A stretch of DNA of 64,000 nt, from IMG/VR virus record IMGVR_UViG_3300010883_028422, positions 71,426 to 135,425 of that record. The stretch is one strand, 5' to 3'. The notes beneath the pieces were generated by a model. That model saw only the letters and a list, made by a program, of their open reading frames with translations. It had not been told where the DNA came from and did no database searches. The stretch is from a virus. This document shows, piece after piece, positions 38,732 to 47,794 of this stretch; position 1 is the stretch's first letter, and each line of letters starts with the position of its first letter. A program made the position numbers and the translations under genes.

Positions 38732-39358
38732 ATGAACAAGGTTGGTGAAAAAATGAAAGAAGATAGTGTAGAGGCGCAGGGTATTGGTGCACCCATTACG
38801 AGCACACCGTGTGTAGATTTTTCATTCCAATTTAATACAGCAAAGGAATATGAAAAGGTTGAAAAGAAGATATTTGCATATATATGTGAAATAGCCAAAG
38901 ATTGTGGTGAAAATTCGATAAAAAGAGGAGTTATCTCGGTTGTTGGGTGGTTCGATAGTTCAAAAGACTATCTAATACCCGGTATGAGGCAGATTGGAAA
39001 AAATCCAGTTCAGAAGTATTTAAGCTACTCTATTGCGTCTCATAAAAAAGAGCTCATATCAATGATGAGTGAAAACCTTGATGGTGCTTTTGTGATAAAT
39101 AGAAATGGGCAACTTTTGGGATCCGGAATATACCTAACTGTTGATAATCCAAGCTTTGAGATCCCGGATGGCTCCGGAACGCGGCATATTACTGCAGCTT
39201 CATTCTCCGCAAGAGAGGATGTGCAGAGTATTATAACATTATCTGAGGAAACAAACACCGTTAGGGTATGGAAGAACGGAGCATTCGTTGAGCAGTATGA
39301 GCCATTTGATGATGAAGGTCAAGATGGTGAAGAGTTGGTAAAGAAGTCAGATAAGTAG
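38732..39358 (+). CDS. Stand-alone diadenylate cyclase (DisA_N/DAC domain)
   Basis: LDGAFVI (DGA motif) and GSGTRHITAASFS (RHR-like motif, RHI here), then ITLSEE..TV.VWKNG. Confidence 0.85.
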   Translation: MNKVGEKMKEDSVEAQGIGAPITSTPCVDFSFQFNTAKEYEKVEKKIFAYICEIAKDCGENSIKRGVISVVGWFDSSKDYLIPGMRQIGKNPVQKYLSYSIASHKKELISMMSENLDGAFVINRNGQLLGSGIYLTVDNPSFEIPDGSGTRHITAASFSAREDVQSIITLSEETNTVRVWKNGAFVEQYEPFDDEGQDGEELVKKSDK

Positions 39359-39915
39359 TGGTATGTGATATGAATTTTTTCTCTACATCTAATCTTGACA
39401 TCAAAATGATGTATATTTCCAATGAGGGTCGTGGCGATGGCTGGATGTATGATTTGTTTGATCATATAAAATTTTTTGCTAACCATAGAGCTAAGAAGTA
39501 TGAGAATTCTCCACATTACGACGATATACGGCAAGAGTCTCAGATCGGATTATGGAGTGCTATAAAAACATTTGATTATAATAAGAATTTTGATTTTTAC
39601 AGATGGGCTCAGTGGAATATCTCGTCAAAAATTCGCAATTTTTTATACGAAAATAAAAGATATAGCGCAGTAGTATCACGTTCAACAGATAAGTGTTTGC
39701 AAGATTACCAAGAGGAGCATCAGTCCAAAGTTGTATTTTTTAATGAAGTATTAAAGAATAATCTCGTTTTAAACAAAAGAGAATTAAGCATTGTGTTTGA
39801 TATTTTTATTCTTGAAAAAACATTATCTGAAGTTGGAGGTGATAATAATTTAACACCAGAAGGTGTTAGGAAAATAAAAAACAAGGCTATGCTGAAGTTA
39901 CAAAGATATATTTAG
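39358..39915 (+). CDS. Compact sigma-70-family RNA polymerase sigma factor (regions 2 and 4)
   Basis: DDIRQESQIGLWSAIKTFD..K..F..WA.W.I...IR (region 2); L..RE...F....TLSEVG...LT.EGVR.I..KA..KL (region 4 HTH). The start may be a downstream ATG. Confidence 0.87.
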   Translation: MVCDMNFFSTSNLDIKMMYISNEGRGDGWMYDLFDHIKFFANHRAKKYENSPHYDDIRQESQIGLWSAIKTFDYNKNFDFYRWAQWNISSKIRNFLYENKRYSAVVSRSTDKCLQDYQEEHQSKVVFFNEVLKNNLVLNKRELSIVFDIFILEKTLSEVGGDNNLTPEGVRKIKNKAMLKLQRYI

Positions 39916-39936
39916 ATCGCATGGGAGACGAAAAAT

Positions 39937-42384
39937 ATGTATTCACATGATGAAGTTAGAGAAAAAACATTAGAATATTTTAACAATGATGAGCTTGCTA
40001 CAAATGTGTTTATAACAAAATATTGTTTAAAGGACAAGGATGGCTTATTTCGAGAGCTAACTCCAGATGATATGCACAGAAGGCTGTCAAGAGAATTCGC
40101 AAGAATAGAAGCAAAGTTTGGAGGCAGCTCTTCAATGGATGAAGATGCTATATATTCTTATTTAAAAGATTTTAAATATATTGTTCCGCAAGGCTCGCCA
40201 ATGATGGGGATTGGAAATGATTTTGCAAACGTTTCCTTGTCAAACTGTGTAGTTGTCGGCTCTCCAGAGGACAACATATCGTCAATTATTGATGCCGGCA
40301 GAGACATAGCTAATCTTTTTAAACGAAGATGTGGCGTTGGTCTTGATATATCAAAATTACGACCGGAAGGCTCTTTTGTAAATAACTCTGCTGGCACAAC
40401 AACTGGTGCATGGTCATTTTCTGATTTTTATTCATATATATGTAGAATGATTGGTCAAAACGGAAGGCGTGGTGCATTGATGCTCACGATGGATATCAGG
40501 CATCCAGATATAGAGAAATTTATAAATATGAAAAGAGATCTTTCAAAAGTTACTGGAGCAAATGTTTCAGTAAGAATAACGGATGATTTCATGAACGCAG
40601 TAAATAATGATGAAAACTACACTTTGCACTTTCCATGTGGTAGTGAGTCTCCTGTGTCAACAAGAGAAATTATAGCAAAAGATTTATGGAGAAGCATTGT
40701 AGAGTCTGCAACCGAAACTGCAGAGCCGGGCCTTTTGATGTGGGACAATATAACAAAGTATCTTCCGGCAAATGAGTATTCTGAGTATGGATTTGAGACA
40801 GTATGCACAAATCCATGTGCGGAAATACCACTATCAGAGTATGATTCGTGTAGACTAATATCTGTTAACCTTAAACATTTTGTTATTAATGCATTTGAAG
40901 ATAATGCGTATTTTGATTTTGATAAGTTTTCGAATGTTGCCAGAGCCGCCATGAGGCTGTCTGATGATTTGGTTGAGTTAGAAATTGAAAAATTAAACTC
41001 CATAATGTTAAGCGCCGACACAGAAGATGAGGTGGCGCTTTGGGGCAAGCTGCTAAAGGCATGCACTGATGGAAGAAGAACTGGGCTGGGAACTCATGGG
41101 CTTGCTGATGTGCTTGCCAGATTAAATATGCCATATGATAGTGATGATGCGATAGAGGCTGTTGAAAAATTATATTCAATTTATAAAAATATTAGCTACG
41201 ACGAAAGCTCAAATCTTGCAAGCGAAAGAGGCTCGTTTGATGTTTTTGACTGGGACATTGAGTGTGATAACTTATTTATAAAAAGTCTAGATAAGGGTGT
41301 TGTTAAAAAAATATCTAAATTTGGCAGAAGAAATATATCAATACTAACAAATGCTCCTACTGGTTCTGTATCAATCATGTCTCAAACAAGCTCTGGGTTA
41401 GAACCTGTTTTTAGAAATTCATATGTAAGAAGAAGAAAAATTTCTCATAATGAATCTGATGTAGAGCCAGATTTTATCGACAAGCTTGGTGATAGGTGGC
41501 TTGAATTTAATGTTTTTCATCATAATGTTGAAGAGTATTTATCTTTAAAATTTAATGATAATATGTATACCAAAGATGATATTCCGTCATTTTTTACAGA
41601 ATCTAACGATATAGACTGGATAAAAAGAATTGAGATGCAGGAGGCTATTCAGAAGAATATAGATCACGCTATATCATCTACAATAAATTTGCCAAAAGAA
41701 ACTTCTAGCGATGTTGTTGCCGAGCTATACATGGAGGGGTGGAAGAGGGGCCTTAAGGGTATCACCGTGTATGTTGACGGCTCCAGAGATGGTGTTTTGA
41801 TATCAAAAGAAGATAAAGGCGGCACCGCCTCGCCGTTTCCACAGGTAGCGGCGCCAAAGAGGCCTGAATTTCTTGATTGTAATATTCACCATGCGACAAT
41901 TGGTGGAGAAAAGTGGACAATATTGGTTGGCACGTATGAGGGAAAGCCGTACGAGATTATGGGCGGCTTAGCAACATTTGTTGAGATACCAAAAAAATAT
42001 AGGGTTGGAAGTATAGTTAAACATCCAAGAAAAAGTATGAATTCGATATATGACTTGCAGTTTGGAGAAAATGGAAATGAGGTTGTCATAAAAAATATTG
42101 TTAAAGTTTTTGATAATCCAAACCAGGGGGCTTTTACAAGAATGATATCACTTGCGCTAAGGCATGGTGCAAGCATTAATTATGTTGTTGAGCAGTTAAG
42201 AAAAGATAAGGAATCAGATATGTTTAGCTTCTCTAAGTGTATTGCTCGGGTTTTAAAGCAATATATAAAAGATGGAACGAGGGTGTCTGGGGGCGAGGCA
42301 TGTTTATCGTGTAATAGAAAGAATTTAATATACCAAGATGGGTGCGTTAACTGCCAAGACTGCGGCTGGGCCGGATGTGGATAG
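39937..42384 (+). CDS. nrdJ: Class II (adenosylcobalamin-dependent) ribonucleotide reductase with C-terminal TSCPD/Zn-ribbon region
   Basis: LSNCVV, GRRGA, TNPCAEIPL, SCRL.S.NL, RRTGLG, APTGSVS, KGITVYVDGSR, C-terminal CxxC..CxxC; no adjacent NrdB. Confidence 0.95.
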   Translation: MYSHDEVREKTLEYFNNDELATNVFITKYCLKDKDGLFRELTPDDMHRRLSREFARIEAKFGGSSSMDEDAIYSYLKDFKYIVPQGSPMMGIGNDFANVSLSNCVVVGSPEDNISSIIDAGRDIANLFKRRCGVGLDISKLRPEGSFVNNSAGTTTGAWSFSDFYSYICRMIGQNGRRGALMLTMDIRHPDIEKFINMKRDLSKVTGANVSVRITDDFMNAVNNDENYTLHFPCGSESPVSTREIIAKDLWRSIVESATETAEPGLLMWDNITKYLPANEYSEYGFETVCTNPCAEIPLSEYDSCRLISVNLKHFVINAFEDNAYFDFDKFSNVARAAMRLSDDLVELEIEKLNSIMLSADTEDEVALWGKLLKACTDGRRTGLGTHGLADVLARLNMPYDSDDAIEAVEKLYSIYKNISYDESSNLASERGSFDVFDWDIECDNLFIKSLDKGVVKKISKFGRRNISILTNAPTGSVSIMSQTSSGLEPVFRNSYVRRRKISHNESDVEPDFIDKLGDRWLEFNVFHHNVEEYLSLKFNDNMYTKDDIPSFFTESNDIDWIKRIEMQEAIQKNIDHAISSTINLPKETSSDVVAELYMEGWKRGLKGITVYVDGSRDGVLISKEDKGGTASPFPQVAAPKRPEFLDCNIHHATIGGEKWTILVGTYEGKPYEIMGGLATFVEIPKKYRVGSIVKHPRKSMNSIYDLQFGENGNEVVIKNIVKVFDNPNQGAFTRMISLALRHGASINYVVEQLRKDKESDMFSFSKCIARVLKQYIKDGTRVSGGEACLSCNRKNLIYQDGCVNCQDCGWAGCG

Positions 42385-42717
42385 GTGATAACAAAAATTT
42401 TAGCAAATAGAAGCGAATACTTGTCTGCGGTAGATGAGCAGAGGGTTGAGTGGGTATATTTTGTATTAAAATCATTAGATTTAGATATGGATATAGTGTT
42501 TGGTGAAGATAACGGCGATGCCTTTGACTATTTGGTTATAAACAACATAGAGGTGCTTGATTATCCCGAAATTGGTGCAGTTAAAATAGAGTACGGCGGA
42601 GATGTTGTTGGGGAGTGGGGGGCTGCTGATTATGTTTTAAAAGAAGATGGGGATAGAAAAGAGCTATATTATGAAATTTCTATAGAAAATTGGTCTATTT
42701 TTGATGATGAATCATGA
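42385..42717 (+). CDS. Hypothetical acidic protein
   Basis: GTG start immediately after the nrdJ stop. Confidence 0.7.
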   Translation: MITKILANRSEYLSAVDEQRVEWVYFVLKSLDLDMDIVFGEDNGDAFDYLVINNIEVLDYPEIGAVKIEYGGDVVGEWGAADYVLKEDGDRKELYYEISIENWSIFDDES

Positions 42718-42784
42718 TCATCATGAGTTGATGCTAATATTTTAATATATAGTATAACCAGACTCAGGGGGCGCGGAGACAAAC

Positions 42785-44077
42785 TTGTCAGTTAGAAAAA
42801 ATTTTATTTTAGACACAAGCGTTCTTCTTCATCATGAAGACTCTATCCATGCATTTCCAGGCTCAAACATAATAATACCGATAGAAGTTCTTGAAGAAAT
42901 CGATACTTTTAAGACAAGGCATGACAGTGTGGGTAATGCCGCAAGGTATGTTAATAGATTTTTAGATAAATTAAGGTCTCAAGGAAATTTGCAGGATGGT
43001 GTTTTACTAAAGAATAATCAAGTTATAAGAGTTTCTTCTGATTCTGACCTCTCCCTGCTTCCGGGCGGGTTCGATGATAATAAGGATAGCAGAATAATAT
43101 CTGTAGCAAAAAAATTATCAATTGAACAAGATAATGTATTTTTGGTATCTAGAGATATATCTATGCGAGTCAAATGTGACTCTATAGGCATAAACTCTGA
43201 GAACTATATAAGAGAAAAGGCTGTAGTAAATAGAGCGGAGGCTTATACCGGGGTGTCTGTTTTAAACGTTTCAAAAACAGAGATTGATAATTTTTATAAA
43301 AGTGGAATGATAGACTTAGATGAAGAGCTATATGTAAATGAATGTGTTGTTTTAAAGAGTGAGGAGAGAACTAGTGCTCTGGCTATTTCCGATGGAAATG
43401 GCGGGCTAAGGAGGCTCTTTACGAATTCAAAAGATAATTTTTCAATTCAAGGTATTTCTCCAAGAAACAAGGAGCAAAGATTTTCTTTTGAGCTTTTATT
43501 GAACCCAAAGGTTAATATGGTCACCCTAACCGGCATGGCTGGTAGTGGGAAGACCCTCATATCTATTGCATCTGCAATGGAGCAACTGTTGGGTGGCGTT
43601 TATGATAAGATAATAATCTCAAGACCCGTACAAAGTATGAGCGGCGACATAGGGTTTCTTCCGGGAACAAAGGAGGAGAAGATGAGGCCGTGGATACAGC
43701 CTATATTTGATAATTTAGAATATATATACAATGGCAAGCATGGATATATAGACTTAATGGTTCAAAAGGGTAAGATTGAAATTGAGGCCTTGACTCATAT
43801 AAGGGGGAGGAGTATCCCAAATACATTTTTTATATTAGATGAAGCTCAAAATATAACTATTCATGAGGCAAAGGCACTGCTAACAAGGATGGGTGAGGGA
43901 TCGAAAATTGCTTTGCTTGGTGATCTTGAGCAGATAGATAGCCCGCATCTTGATACATCAACATCCGGGTTGTCAACAATTGTTGAGTTGTTTAAAGATT
44001 TTGAGCTGTCTGGACACATAACACTGCTAAAGGGCGAGAGAAGCGAGCTTGCAACATATGCTGCAAAAATTATGTGA
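42785..44077 (+). CDS. phoH: PIN-domain PhoH-family ATPase (PhoH2/YlaK-like)
   Basis: FILDTSVLLH (PIN), GMAGSGKT, GFLPG, RGRS, DEAQN, GD.EQID. TTG start with GGAG RBS. Confidence 0.95.
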   Translation: MSVRKNFILDTSVLLHHEDSIHAFPGSNIIIPIEVLEEIDTFKTRHDSVGNAARYVNRFLDKLRSQGNLQDGVLLKNNQVIRVSSDSDLSLLPGGFDDNKDSRIISVAKKLSIEQDNVFLVSRDISMRVKCDSIGINSENYIREKAVVNRAEAYTGVSVLNVSKTEIDNFYKSGMIDLDEELYVNECVVLKSEERTSALAISDGNGGLRRLFTNSKDNFSIQGISPRNKEQRFSFELLLNPKVNMVTLTGMAGSGKTLISIASAMEQLLGGVYDKIIISRPVQSMSGDIGFLPGTKEEKMRPWIQPIFDNLEYIYNGKHGYIDLMVQKGKIEIEALTHIRGRSIPNTFFILDEAQNITIHEAKALLTRMGEGSKIALLGDLEQIDSPHLDTSTSGLSTIVELFKDFELSGHITLLKGERSELATYAAKIM

Positions 44078-44352
44078 AGGGGCGTATTATGCATCCAGCT
44101 ATTTTAAACAAAGAGTCTGAGAGAAAAAAGAAAAGAGAGAGTGAGCGCCTTCCATTGCGCCTTCCATTGCGCCTTCCATTGATGCCCGAATCACATGATG
44201 TTGAAAATCATAAAAAAAAGAAGAAGAAATCTGGTAATGATTACGTAATAAATGTAAATGATGAGTTTATAGTTGATTTAGATATCAATGAAGATAAGGG
44301 TAATGTTATCAGGGAAGAGATATGGAATATAGTGATAGAATACAGGCTTTAG
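44074..44352 (+). CDS. Hypothetical small protein containing (RLPL)3
   Basis: ORF overlapping the neighbouring genes; contains a 12-bp triplication. Confidence 0.55.
   Translation: MKGRIMHPAILNKESERKKKRESERLPLRLPLRLPLMPESHDVENHKKKKKKSGNDYVINVNDEFIVDLDINEDKGNVIREEIWNIVIEYRL
44146..44181 (+). repeat. (CGCCTTCCATTG)x3 tandem repeat
   Basis: Read directly; three exact copies. Confidence 0.95.
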
Positions 44353-45104
44353 CTAGTTTTTTATTAAAAAATAGCCTATATGATGAATACAACTATCTGT
44401 GCAAGTTTGCATCAGACGAGCCAACAGACGATGATATTGTTGCAGCAACACTTGTCAAAGAAGCGAGTGTTGATGGCGAAGAGGGCATGAAGGCAGTACA
44501 TCAAGTTATAATGAATAGGGCGGGGAATGCGTCTATGACTAAAAAAGCTGTTGTTTTAGAAAAGGGCGATGATGGTGTATACCAATTTTCATGTTGGAAC
44601 GGTATTGGCGAAAAAGCCAGAAAGGCCGTTGTGGATAAAGAGAGGGCCACTGTAAGCTATGTTGAAAACAAAAAAAAGGTTAAAAAGTTTGATATTGCAT
44701 TAAGAATAGTGGAAGGTAAAGAGGGGAATTCTGACGTTGGGGCCTCAACTCATTATTATACAGATGATGTGCCAGATTGGGCGACTGATCCGGAAGATTG
44801 TGTTTATAATACTCAGGGCGATATGACCACAAAAAGGGAGCTCTCTAAATTCCCCGAATCAGCAAAAATCAACATCAAAACTCCCGATGGCAGTGTTGTT
44901 AGCAAGAATATTCTTGGATACTGCAGGAAGGGCAATCCTTGCTGGAAGTTCATAGCAAATGTTGGCTCGCATACATTCGGAATTGATTACTCAAGTTCTA
45001 AATATTTGCGAGATGGGGTAGATCAGTGCTATAAAGATCGTCACAATGAAGCAGAGAGGGGGTACGGCATATACCGCTGGCCGAGATATAGAAATGAAGA
45101 TTAA
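44322..45104 (+). CDS. SleB/CwlJ-type cell-wall hydrolase (Hydrolase_2) with N-terminal leader
   Basis: AATLVKEA (catalytic Glu), AV.QVIMNR, YQFSCWN, GASTHYY, PDWA, VGSHTF. Confidence 0.85.
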   Translation: MEYSDRIQALASFLLKNSLYDEYNYLCKFASDEPTDDDIVAATLVKEASVDGEEGMKAVHQVIMNRAGNASMTKKAVVLEKGDDGVYQFSCWNGIGEKARKAVVDKERATVSYVENKKKVKKFDIALRIVEGKEGNSDVGASTHYYTDDVPDWATDPEDCVYNTQGDMTTKRELSKFPESAKINIKTPDGSVVSKNILGYCRKGNPCWKFIANVGSHTFGIDYSSSKYLRDGVDQCYKDRHNEAERGYGIYRWPRYRNED

Positions 45105-45282
45105 TATAGACAAAGATAATTACATTGATTTAAAAAAAGTAGATGGCGAAGATTTCGCAAGTCTGTCTATAAAGGTCAAAAAAGATGATAACAGTTATTT
45201 GCTAATATCGTTGTCCTTGGATGACGACTCTCTTGATAAAATGATATCTGAAATGGTGTCAATAAGAGCTAGGGTGAGCTAA
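45094..45282 (+). CDS. Hypothetical protein
   Basis: Likely start ATG 45094, overlapping the upstream stop region; fills the gap. Confidence 0.55.
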   Translation: MKINIDKDNYIDLKKVDGEDFASLSIKVKKDDNSYLLISLSLDDDSLDKMISEMVSIRARVS

Positions 45283-45283
45283 G

Positions 45284-46789
45284 ATGTCAAAGGATAGATA
45301 CAGCGATGACTACGCAATTGAGCTTTTTGGGGTGGATAAGGTTTATACCATAGATTCTCCCAACATAATACTTGATGCTCCTCCGGCTTCGGTGACGACT
45401 GCATTTTCATCGGCGGATGCTTCTCTTTTGGGCGGCATGTTCGGAGGGTCAATTCATGCCAATGGATCATGTTTATTTAATGATTATGTCGGAATAAACG
45501 GACAACTTCGGGTAGAGGGAAATTCAGTGTTGGCGTCTGAGTACATATATGTCGGAAACTCATCCAATAGTGTGTCCAACATCATATTTTATCCTGAAGG
45601 CGCCGAGGGCGGCACACCAGTTACAATAAATGGTGATCTTAGCGTAACCGGGTCTATAGCATCTGCCAGCATTGGCTCCACAGAGCTTGTTTGGCCCGGG
45701 ACGGTCGAAAGTGATTCTAATATGACTATGACTTCAGATGGTGGGTCTATAACGCTAGAGTCAAAGACTGATGACTTGATTTTAGATGCCGCCGGATACG
45801 TCTCTATTAGGAGTAACTATGTTGATGGCGCCGCTGAAGGCTCCAACAATTGTCGAGTAACTTTAAATGAAAGCGGCAGATTCCAGGTCACCACAAATGA
45901 TGTTGTGAACGGAACTTCTCGTTATAGGCAAAACGCTTCTGGCTATGCCATGTTTAATTTTGAATGTGATTACAATGATGATGATTATCCGGAGAAATAT
46001 GCAATGAATGTTTCAAATACGGATACAGCAGGCGGAAAGCATAGGCTTGTGCGATGGAGCTTGAGTGAAAATTCTGGTGCCAGTCCTGGAACCGAGCTCT
46101 CGACCAGTGCAGATGGTGCAGATTTTTTCTTAAGGTGTATAGATTTAATTGATAACGCCAACGACAGTGGTGGTGGTGTACAGTTCTGGATAGATGGCGA
46201 AGGCATGCTTGGAATATCATTTACCGGCCAGCATTGGGTTATTTATGAGGCTAATGGCGATGAAGACAGGCTTAGCAACTCTCTTTGCGGAATGATTGTT
46301 TCTTCTAGTGGGGAAATTTTTAATAAGCCAAAACTTTATGAGGCTCTGCCTATTGTAAAGATGTGCAATAGTAGCAAAGACCCCAAAGTTTATGGTGTAT
46401 TGACGTATACCAGCCAATCTGTTTATGATATGAGGCAGTTTAGGGAGTTTGACGGAATATATCATGAAGATAGCAGGGGAGAGCTTTCGCCGGAGATAGA
46501 TGTGTCCAGCTACTCTAGTGATAGTTTGTATTATAAATCACGCGTAAATTCGGTCGGAGAGGGCCAGGTTTTGGTTACAAATTATAATGGCGAAGTAACA
46601 AATGGCGACTATATAACTTCATCAGAAATTGTCGGCTATGGCATGAAGCAAGATGATGACATTCTACATAGTTACACGGTTGCGAAGTGTGTCGAAGAAA
46701 TTGACTGGGCCTCTGTAACTGATGTGGTTGAGTATGATGGTGTAGAGCATAAAATGTATCTATCAGCATGCACTTATCATTGTGGCTAA
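45284..46789 (+). CDS. Fibre/spike-like virion protein with C-terminal intramolecular chaperone (peptidase G2-like) domain
   Basis: beta-repeat-like N-half (INGDLSVTGSI); SFTGQH, then VNSVGEG.V.VTNYNG...NGDYITSS...GYGMKQDDD.LHSYTVAK...CTYHCG. Confidence 0.72.
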   Translation: MSKDRYSDDYAIELFGVDKVYTIDSPNIILDAPPASVTTAFSSADASLLGGMFGGSIHANGSCLFNDYVGINGQLRVEGNSVLASEYIYVGNSSNSVSNIIFYPEGAEGGTPVTINGDLSVTGSIASASIGSTELVWPGTVESDSNMTMTSDGGSITLESKTDDLILDAAGYVSIRSNYVDGAAEGSNNCRVTLNESGRFQVTTNDVVNGTSRYRQNASGYAMFNFECDYNDDDYPEKYAMNVSNTDTAGGKHRLVRWSLSENSGASPGTELSTSADGADFFLRCIDLIDNANDSGGGVQFWIDGEGMLGISFTGQHWVIYEANGDEDRLSNSLCGMIVSSSGEIFNKPKLYEALPIVKMCNSSKDPKVYGVLTYTSQSVYDMRQFREFDGIYHEDSRGELSPEIDVSSYSSDSLYYKSRVNSVGEGQVLVTNYNGEVTNGDYITSSEIVGYGMKQDDDILHSYTVAKCVEEIDWASVTDVVEYDGVEHKMYLSACTYHCG

Positions 46790-46814
46790 TATATCGTTAG
46801 CGTAATATGTCTAT

Positions 46815-47456
46815 ATGATAAAAAATTATAAAGAAATAGATTGCACAAAAACATGCAGAATGACCACTCAGCTTAGAGAAAGTAAATTTTGTACAAAAAC
46901 TGCAAGAGTCTACGACGACAAAATTGTTTTTGGTTGCGTTAAAATTTTAAAAAACGTTCCTGCAGAGATTACAAACCATTATTCATGTAATTATTGGAAT
47001 ATGGAGATGTATGATGCGTGCAACACGTGTAGCTTGTCTTGCATGAAGAATGATAATCTTAATTTAAAAAAGATTCAAGAGCAAAGAGACCGTTTGAAAA
47101 AACTTATGGAAAATGCGGCGCCAGCTATGGCTGGGTTCGGAATGACTTCCCAGAAGGCGGTGGACATATCAAAAAGCTTTAATCAAATTGAAAATGACAA
47201 AAGTGGCAAGGTGTATAGTGAGACTGCAATTAAGGCAGCAGAGTTTGCAAATCATATTTTAAACTCTGCATTAGACGGAAAGGCTGTGGACTTGGCATAC
47301 TTTCAAGAGTGCACTAATCATATGATAGAGAAAATTGGAAAAGAATCTGGCGAAAAAATAGACAAAATAGATTTTTCAAAAAGAAAGAAGATGGGCTTAA
47401 GCTCTCTTACAGATGATTTTCAAAAATTACTTAATAAGAATAAGAATACAAAATAG
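46815..47456 (+). CDS. Hypothetical protein with Cys-rich N-terminal domain
   Basis: Eight Cys in the first ~70 aa, including CxxxC and CxxCxxxC. Confidence 0.7.
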   Translation: MIKNYKEIDCTKTCRMTTQLRESKFCTKTARVYDDKIVFGCVKILKNVPAEITNHYSCNYWNMEMYDACNTCSLSCMKNDNLNLKKIQEQRDRLKKLMENAAPAMAGFGMTSQKAVDISKSFNQIENDKSGKVYSETAIKAAEFANHILNSALDGKAVDLAYFQECTNHMIEKIGKESGEKIDKIDFSKRKKMGLSSLTDDFQKLLNKNKNTK

Positions 47457-47749
47457 TGTAATATTGTTACAATAGAATAAGTTGTTAAAACAACGCCTAT
47501 TCCTATTTGGCTTATTTTTTTAGAAATATATTTAGATAATACATGTATTGTAAAAAAAGATATTGATAATTTTGCTATAACAAATGATACAAGCGAAACC
47601 TCCAGAATAGAGTCCATTATGGGATTCCACTCTTTTACATTCGAAAAAGAATACCACATCATGGTTGCCACTATGTCTAGAAGGATAAGTAGTGTTATTA
47701 CCTTAAGATGTTTTTTATCAAAATTTAGTTGGAAATGCTTCTTCCACAT
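47420..47749 (-). CDS. Small membrane protein (DUF5658-like)
   Basis: Three hydrophobic segments; LD..AT and E.NP.M motifs. Confidence 0.65.
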   Translation of the reverse strand: MWKKHFQLNFDKKHLKVITLLILLDIVATMMWYSFSNVKEWNPIMDSILEVSLVSFVIAKLSISFFTIHVLSKYISKKISQIGIGVVLTTYSIVTILHYFVFLFLLSNF

Positions 47750-47794
47750 GTTTAAAATTTATACTAAATTTTAAAAACAAAATATATTGTTTTA

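Noticed and set aside
31989-44077. Inteins or introns in dnaB, nrdJ or phoH
   Set aside because: Protein lengths are normal, and there are no C/S...HN splice motifs or LAGLIDADG/HNH segments.
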